Part shown: positions 7,545 to 12,236 of the stretch, piece by piece | How the letters are laid out: every line of letters begins with the position of its first letter | How positions within the stretch are numbered: position 1 is the stretch's first letter | Assembly: GCA_002317795.1 (NCBI GenBank) | Contig: NVWC01000012.1 | Coordinates: forward strand, 43,845 to 56,080 | Length of the DNA: 12,236 bases | Source: Nitrososphaerota archaeon | Lineage (GTDB): Archaea; Thermoproteota; Nitrososphaeria; Nitrososphaerales; Nitrosopumilaceae | Direction of reading: 5' to 3' | Program-made: the position numbers and the translations under genes | The notes under the pieces: model-generated | What the model saw: the letters and a program-made list of their open reading frames with translations, nothing else | Database searches by the model: none | What the model was told of the DNA's origin: nothing

Positions 7545-7598
7545 TATATGAATTTGTAGCATACAGTGTATTGCATTGTATTGCTACTGGTTTATCCA
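7545..7598. promoter_or_regulatory. Bidirectional regulon promoter C (USP and TFB)
   Basis: Quasi-palindrome GTAGC-ATACAGTGTATTGCATTGTATT-GCTAC (7556-7587), flanked at 3 bp on each side by TATA-like boxes: TTCATATA (minus, 7545-7552) and TTTATCCA (plus, 7591-7598). Confidence 0.8.
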
Positions 7599-7633
7599 TA
7601 AAAAAGAAATTATCAAATGAAGGTTAATTAAAA

Positions 7634-8554
7634 ATGAATACTGTGCAATCTCATAGATGTCCTTCTTGTGGCAAAAATAATATCATTGTAGATGAATTAA
7701 TGGGTGAATCTTTTTGTAAACATTGTGGATTTGTAATTTCTGAACACGAAGTGAATGTAGGTGCTGAATGGCGTTCATTTGCAGGCGATACTAGAAATAG
7801 ATCAAGAGTGGGCGATCACACTTCAATATTGATTCATGACCTGGGTCTTTCAACTGTAATTGGTAAAACAAATCAAGACGTAAAAGGCAAATTTATTTCA
7901 AATGTGATGAAGCATTCTTTTGTTCGACTACGACAAGAAAATAGGAGAATCCAGATAAAGACTTCAACAGACAAAAATTTTGTACAAGCATTTTCAGAGA
8001 TGAATAATTTAAAGATAAAATTAGCTCTATCTGATTCTGTTGTTAAATCTGCAGCATACAGATATCGAAAAGTTATTGAAAAAGGTATGATTAGAGGAAG
8101 ATCAATTAATGCAATGGCTGCAGCATGCATTTATCTAGCATGTAGAAATACAGAAGTCTCAAGGAGTTTAAACGATGTTGCAAAGGCAATCAATGTAAAA
8201 AAAAGAGAATTAGCTAAAAATTACAGAACATTGGTAGTTGAATTTGAGCTTACAGTACCCATACCAAATCCTATAAGTTCAGTATCTAAAATTGCAAATA
8301 TTTTGGGTTTGAGTGAAAAAACAAAAAGAAAGGCAATTGAAATATTAGAAAAAGAAAAAAAGTTGGGAGGATTTGCAGGAAGAGAACCAAATGGATTGGC
8401 AGCTGCGGCATTATATTTAGTTGGAACACATAATGGTGAGGCAAGTTCACAACACCAAATTGCATTAGCAGCTGGTGTAACTGGAGTAACAATTAGAAAT
8501 AGGATTAAAGGGTTGAGTGAATCTACTTTAAAAGAATACATGGGCGTTAAGTAG
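7634..8554 (+). CDS. tfb: Transcription initiation factor IIB (TFB) paralogue
   Basis: Zn ribbon CPSC...CKHCG, B-reader GAEWRSF, HDLGLST, IRGRSI..AAAC, two cyclin repeats, C-terminal GVTGVTIRNR. Confidence 0.97.
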   Translation: MNTVQSHRCPSCGKNNIIVDELMGESFCKHCGFVISEHEVNVGAEWRSFAGDTRNRSRVGDHTSILIHDLGLSTVIGKTNQDVKGKFISNVMKHSFVRLRQENRRIQIKTSTDKNFVQAFSEMNNLKIKLALSDSVVKSAAYRYRKVIEKGMIRGRSINAMAAACIYLACRNTEVSRSLNDVAKAINVKKRELAKNYRTLVVEFELTVPIPNPISSVSKIANILGLSEKTKRKAIEILEKEKKLGGFAGREPNGLAAAALYLVGTHNGEASSQHQIALAAGVTGVTIRNRIKGLSESTLKEYMGVK

Positions 8555-8637
8555 ATGAAAATTACCCCATGATGAATGGTTATCTAAAATCAAGTGTTGG
8601 TATGTGTAGGACCTGGAATTAATTGTGAAACCATAAC

Positions 8638-8913
8638 ATGACATCGGTATTCCTTTTGATAAATTCTAAGAAAGATCATAAACCAGTATTGAAAGAATCC
8701 TTAAGAAAAATTAAAGAATTAATTGAGATTAATGAAACATTTGGCGTATATGATTTTGTTGCAAAAATTGAATCTCCTGATGAGGAAAGACTTCAAGAAA
8801 TTGTTGTGTGTAAAATCAAAAAATTAGATTCAGTAAAATTAGTAATGATTCTCAAAACGATAAAATCTACATCATATTATTCAATAAATAATACCGTTCC
8901 CCAGGATATCTGA
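8638..8913 (+). CDS. Stand-alone Lrp/AsnC ligand-binding (RAM) domain protein
   Basis: VFLLIN...ETFGVYDFVAKIE...KIKKLDSV; no N-terminal HTH. Confidence 0.85.
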   Translation: MTSVFLLINSKKDHKPVLKESLRKIKELIEINETFGVYDFVAKIESPDEERLQEIVVCKIKKLDSVKLVMILKTIKSTSYYSINNTVPQDI

Positions 8914-9030
8914 ACCACTGATACTATCTTGTAATTACATTTGATTTGAGGGAATATTTTTTCTAAATACAGTCCGATTACATTTTGTTTATAATATTAA
9001 ATTGAAATGTGCTCAAAAACTAGTCATTTT

Positions 9031-9501
9031 TTATTCTTTTTTATTACCAACAATCAAAATTGGGCATGTTACACATTCTAAAATTTTTCTAGTATTACTT
9101 CCTAGCTTAAGAAATGTTTTTTGGTCAGAATCCCTTTTTTTTGCCATGACAATCAAATCTACAGGATTATCATTATAAAATCTCAGTATTTCTTCATCTG
9201 GATTCCCATGTGTAATTTTAGTAACTGCATCAACTTTTTCACGTTTACATCGCAATACATGTTTCTCCATTTTTTTAAAAATTATTTTTTTAAAACTACG
9301 CGAAGTATATGTCAATTCATTAATCTTTTCCTTTTGTTCTACATCTGATATGAGATCTAATGGAATGGTTAATGATTCTACAACGTTTAAAATAGTAATT
9401 TTACCATTGCATTCTTTTGCAATATCTATTGCTTTTTCTAATGCAATATCACCTGTTTTTGTACCTGCATGAGGTACTAGAATATTTTTATATTCTAGCA
9501 T
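9031..9501 (-). CDS. Universal stress protein (UspA family)
   Basis: YKNILVPH...ALEKAIDIA...GNPDEEIL...VDLIVMA...LGSNTRKILECVTCPILIV. Confidence 0.93.
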   Translation of the reverse strand: MLEYKNILVPHAGTKTGDIALEKAIDIAKECNGKITILNVVESLTIPLDLISDVEQKEKINELTYTSRSFKKIIFKKMEKHVLRCKREKVDAVTKITHGNPDEEILRFYNDNPVDLIVMAKKRDSDQKTFLKLGSNTRKILECVTCPILIVGNKKE

Positions 9502-9725
9502 GTTTTAGTTACTCCTATAATTGATTTGAAAAGCATACTTGTGGGTTTCGTCATTAATTCATGATTTATCCTATTTTTTGTTAACGGTAGCATCATGTCC
9601 TTTGTATTTGTGGTTTTATAAAATTTATTAAATATGATACCAAATAAAAATAAAAACCGGGCAAACATATTATGTTGAATCGTATTTACAAACACATTTT
9701 GATTCTCACTTTTATTTGATATCAT
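9495..9725 (-). CDS. Hypothetical 76-aa protein upstream of the USP gene
   Basis: No recognisable domain. The ATG is 23 nt below the regulon promoter D TATA-like box, and the end overlaps the USP start by 7 bp. Confidence 0.5.
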   Translation of the reverse strand: MISNKSENQNVFVNTIQHNMFARFLFLFGIIFNKFYKTTNTKDMMLPLTKNRINHELMTKPTSMLFKSIIGVTKTC

Positions 9726-9748
9726 GTAAAGATATATCTAAAAAAATT

Positions 9749-9785
9749 AATAAAAAGTAGTAGCAATACAATGCAATACATCGTA
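9749..9785 (-). promoter_or_regulatory. Regulon promoter D
   Basis: AGTAGCAATACAATGCAATACA (9759-9780) is the exact reverse complement of 7567-7588. TATA-like TTTTTATT at 9749-9756. Confidence 0.8.
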
Positions 9786-9817
9786 AAAGTAGTCTATTTT
9801 TTATTCAAGTTTAATTA

Positions 9818-10369
9818 TTGAATAATGTGAAAGAAAAAATAGAATCAGTTAACAAGACAAAAACTGTATCATTTAGGTTATCATCATCTTTAATTAAAGA
9901 ATTAAAACAAGAGGCTGAAATTGAAAAGATAAATTTCAATGCTTTGATTTCAAAAATATTAGGAAATCACACTCTTTGGGAAAAATATGAACGAAAAGTT
10001 GGATTATTACCCATGACCAAACCTTTTGTTAAATATGCCATTCAAAAACTCACAGACAAGGAAATTATCTATTTAGCAGAAGTTATAGAAAAAGATACAT
10101 TTTCTGACATACTTAATTTCATGAAAGGAGAATACACAGTTGAGGATTTTATAGAAATTCTTCGTACATGGCTTAATGTTGCATGGATGCAACACCATAT
10201 AGAAAAGAATGAAGATACGGTAATCTTTAAAATTCAACATGATTTGGGGAAAAGCTGGTCACTATACGTGAAAACATTGGCTACTGAACTATTCTATGAT
10301 ATTTTAGGAAAAAAATTAGAAGTAATAATTACTAAAACCACCTTAAAACTAGTATTCCCTACAAAATAA
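9818..10369 (+). CDS. Putative transcription regulator: N-terminal ribbon-helix-helix plus a C-terminal alpha/beta (V4R-like) domain
   Basis: KTKTVSFRLSSSLIKELKQEAE...NFNALISKIL is RHH-like. IQHDLGKSWSLY is typical of an expanded thaumarchaeal family. Confidence 0.75.
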   Translation: MNNVKEKIESVNKTKTVSFRLSSSLIKELKQEAEIEKINFNALISKILGNHTLWEKYERKVGLLPMTKPFVKYAIQKLTDKEIIYLAEVIEKDTFSDILNFMKGEYTVEDFIEILRTWLNVAWMQHHIEKNEDTVIFKIQHDLGKSWSLYVKTLATELFYDILGKKLEVIITKTTLKLVFPTK

Positions 10370-10409
10370 TTCTACTAAAACCACCTAAATAATCCTAAAA
10401 TGTTTTTAT

Positions 10410-10793
10410 TTATTCTTGAACTTGCTCTATTTCCCATTGGTCATTTATCCATAATCCCACTACACTGACTTGTAATCTCCAGGATTTTACAATATTAATT
10501 GATTTTCGGATTTGTATTACGTGTATATCTTTTGTTGAAAGATTTGCGGCACAATCATGATGTCCTGAAACCACAACAAGTTTTGAATTATGAGCATTAA
10601 TTGAAATAACAACTTTGGATTTTATTTCGGCAATTCTATCAATATTTTTTTCAGCCATTACTTTATCTGAACCAGGATGTGTGATTACATCTACATAATC
10701 CACAGAGTATTTTTGCTTGATCCAATTTGAAATAAGTAATTGTATTCTACCATCTATACAATTAATGGAAGTAGCAAATTTTGATAAACTCAT
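10410..10793 (-). CDS. Small beta-class-like carbonic anhydrase
   Basis: Zn ligands NCIDGR (CxDxR) and GHHDCAAN (HxxC). Start reassigned to ATG 10793 (MSLSKFATSINC) because the ORF-track start at 10838 lies inside the promoter motif. Confidence 0.8.
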   Translation of the reverse strand: MSLSKFATSINCIDGRIQLLISNWIKQKYSVDYVDVITHPGSDKVMAEKNIDRIAEIKSKVVISINAHNSKLVVVSGHHDCAANLSTKDIHVIQIRKSINIVKSWRLQVSVVGLWINDQWEIEQVQE

Positions 10794-10820
10794 TTTACTT
10801 TGATTATTTTCTTTTTTTAA

Positions 10821-10874
10821 TTTATAAATATATAGCAATACAATGTACTACAATGTATACTGTAAATTCATATA
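10821..10874. promoter_or_regulatory. Bidirectional regulon promoter E (carbonic anhydrase and cupredoxin)
   Basis: ATAGCAATACAATGTACTACAATGTATACTGT (10832-10863), flanked at 3 bp by TTTATAAA (10821-10828) and TTCATATA (10867-10874). Same 54-bp geometry as 7545-7598. Confidence 0.8.
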
Positions 10875-10896
10875 CAATTTGTTTGAATTTAAATCG

Positions 10897-11790
10897 ATGC
10901 AAAGTAGAAAGATTACATCAATTGTATTATTTTTTACAATGATTTCAATAGTTAGTGTAACGCCCAGTATTTTTGCAGATCATCCGATAGTCACAATTGA
11001 AACAGCATTACAATCTGGAATGCCTGGTTGTGAAAACACTGATGATGGTTGCTACATTCCAAGTATTGTCGTAGTTGATGTTGGTGGAGATGTAATCATG
11101 TCAAATACGGATAATGGTTCAATGCATACGTTTACTGCAGGAACTGTTGAAAATTCTGTGGGTATGCCCAGTGGAATATTTGATTCTGGGATTTTATCTC
11201 CTGGTGATTCTTTTAATTATTCTCCAGATGTGGCAGGTGAAATTCCTTACTACTGTATGCTTCATACTTGGATGCAGGGCACAATCATAGTACAGGGAGA
11301 AGAAGAATCACACATTGAAGTAGTGGAAGAAATATCTGAACCTGTAATTATCATGGCAACTGTAGTGGAGCCTGATCAAATGATGGCTGAAATTATTACA
11401 GATGATGGAATTGCAAATGAGGTAATGACTATTGATCTTACACTTACAGATCTTGAAGGAAATGGGATCGAACATATCACATACATTATCAAAGCAGAAC
11501 AAGGATCTAATACTATCCTAGAAGAAGAAGGACACATGCACAAAGGTACTCTAACTAATAATCATGTAACTTCTGCTTTATCTGTAGATGCATCAGATGA
11601 GATGCCTGTAGTGATCACAGTTGAATCTGTAGGATTTGGCCACAATGAACAATATGTAGAATTTTCAGAGGAGATTGCAGTAAAACAAGTTGTCCCAGAA
11701 TTTGGTACAATTGCAATGATGATACTAGCTGTTGCAATCATAAGTATTGTTGCAGTAACTGCAAAATCTAGAGTTGTTCCAAGATTTTAG
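10897..11790 (+). CDS. Surface cupredoxin (plastocyanin-like type-1 copper) protein with a PEFG-CTERM sorting signal
   Basis: Signal peptide (MQSRKITSIVLFF..), PGCE..CYIPS, MHTFT, YYCMLHTWMQG (H/C/H/M ligands), C-terminal VPEFGTIAMMILAVAIISIVAV-TAKSR. Start reassigned to ATG 10897. Confidence 0.92.
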   Translation: MQSRKITSIVLFFTMISIVSVTPSIFADHPIVTIETALQSGMPGCENTDDGCYIPSIVVVDVGGDVIMSNTDNGSMHTFTAGTVENSVGMPSGIFDSGILSPGDSFNYSPDVAGEIPYYCMLHTWMQGTIIVQGEEESHIEVVEEISEPVIIMATVVEPDQMMAEIITDDGIANEVMTIDLTLTDLEGNGIEHITYIIKAEQGSNTILEEEGHMHKGTLTNNHVTSALSVDASDEMPVVITVESVGFGHNEQYVEFSEEIAVKQVVPEFGTIAMMILAVAIISIVAVTAKSRVVPRF

Positions 11791-11921
11791 GTCAGTAGAA
11801 TGACAAGAATAATTTCAGAGTTATCTTGGGGAATTAGACTTGATGAAATATGATTAAACAAATATTCCATAAATAAAATTGATGATTTATTTATCCAAAA
11901 CAATATTATTTTATTGATATA

Positions 11922-12236
11922 ATGTCGCAACAACTCCAAAATAAAGAAAAATGTCCTAGATGTGGAAAACATAATCTAGTCACTGATGGTGTATCTGGAG
12001 AAGTATTTTGTGGAAAATGTGGATTTGTTATTGATGAAAAAATTTCAGATAGTGGTTCTGAAAGAATATTCTTAGATAGTACAGCAAGTAAATCTCGTAC
12101 TGGAGATAGAACATCTCTAACAAGACATGATCAAGGTCTTAGTAGTATAATTAATCCAATCAACAAAGATGCATCAGGAAAGCCATTATCCTCATCCATG
12201 AAAGTATCTCTGAGTCAGCTTAGAAAATTAGATAGT
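11922..12236 (+). CDS. tfb: Second TFB paralogue, 5' part (runs off the window)
   Basis: MSQQLQNKEKCPRCGKHNLVTDGVSGEVFCGKCGFVIDEK...SRTGDRTSLTRHDQGLSSIINPINKDASGKPLSSSMK. Not in the ORF track. Confidence 0.93.
   Translation, partial: MSQQLQNKEKCPRCGKHNLVTDGVSGEVFCGKCGFVIDEKISDSGSERIFLDSTASKSRTGDRTSLTRHDQGLSSIINPINKDASGKPLSSSMKVSLSQLRKLDS

Noticed and set aside
7873-8541. Minus-strand ORFs 7873..8130, 8221..8541 and 8286..8492
   Set aside because: Antisense shadows of the TFB gene.
6496-10864. Recurrent GTAGCAATACA repeats as a CRISPR array or MITE ends
   Set aside because: Copies are 0.5-2 kb apart, in both orientations, always intergenic next to TATA-like boxes. There are no spacers, cas genes or target-site duplications.
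10794-10896. ORF-track N-terminal extensions of the carbonic anhydrase (from 10838) and cupredoxin (from 10843)
   Set aside because: Both starts lie inside the shared promoter core; ATG 10793 and ATG 10897 fit the TATA spacing and the signal peptide.
9121-11972. ORFs 9121..9348, 11308..11502 and 11787..11972
   Set aside because: Antisense to the USP, cupredoxin and second TFB genes.

Overview
AT-rich archaeal DNA that looks like an ammonia-oxidising Nitrososphaerota (Nitrosopumilus-like) genome. The evidence is two TFB paralogues, a PEFG-CTERM cupredoxin, a DUF6659-like protein and a multicopy Cys-rich small-protein family. The left part (1-~5.9 kb) is accessory. It holds the tail of a probable mobile-element replication gene plus an HTH gene, SRPBCC and AhpD-like genes, four copies (one decayed) of a 7-Cys small protein, a frameshifted RHH gene and several gene remnants. 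The right part (~6.0-12.2 kb) is a stress/energy-sensing cluster: DUF6659-like, CBS, two USPs, two TFBs, a stand-alone Lrp/AsnC domain, an RHH regulator, a beta-type carbonic anhydrase and a cupredoxin. The main signal is a non-coding element, TGTATTGCTAC, preceded by 10-bp palindromic TRCAYTGTAT units. It lies exactly 3 bp upstream of a TATA-like box, where the BRE normally sits, at seven predicted promoters. These include the promoter of an alternative TFB and of an unannotated 10-codon micro-ORF plus hairpin leader. This suggests a self-contained regulon. All calls come from reading the sequence by eye; no searches were run.
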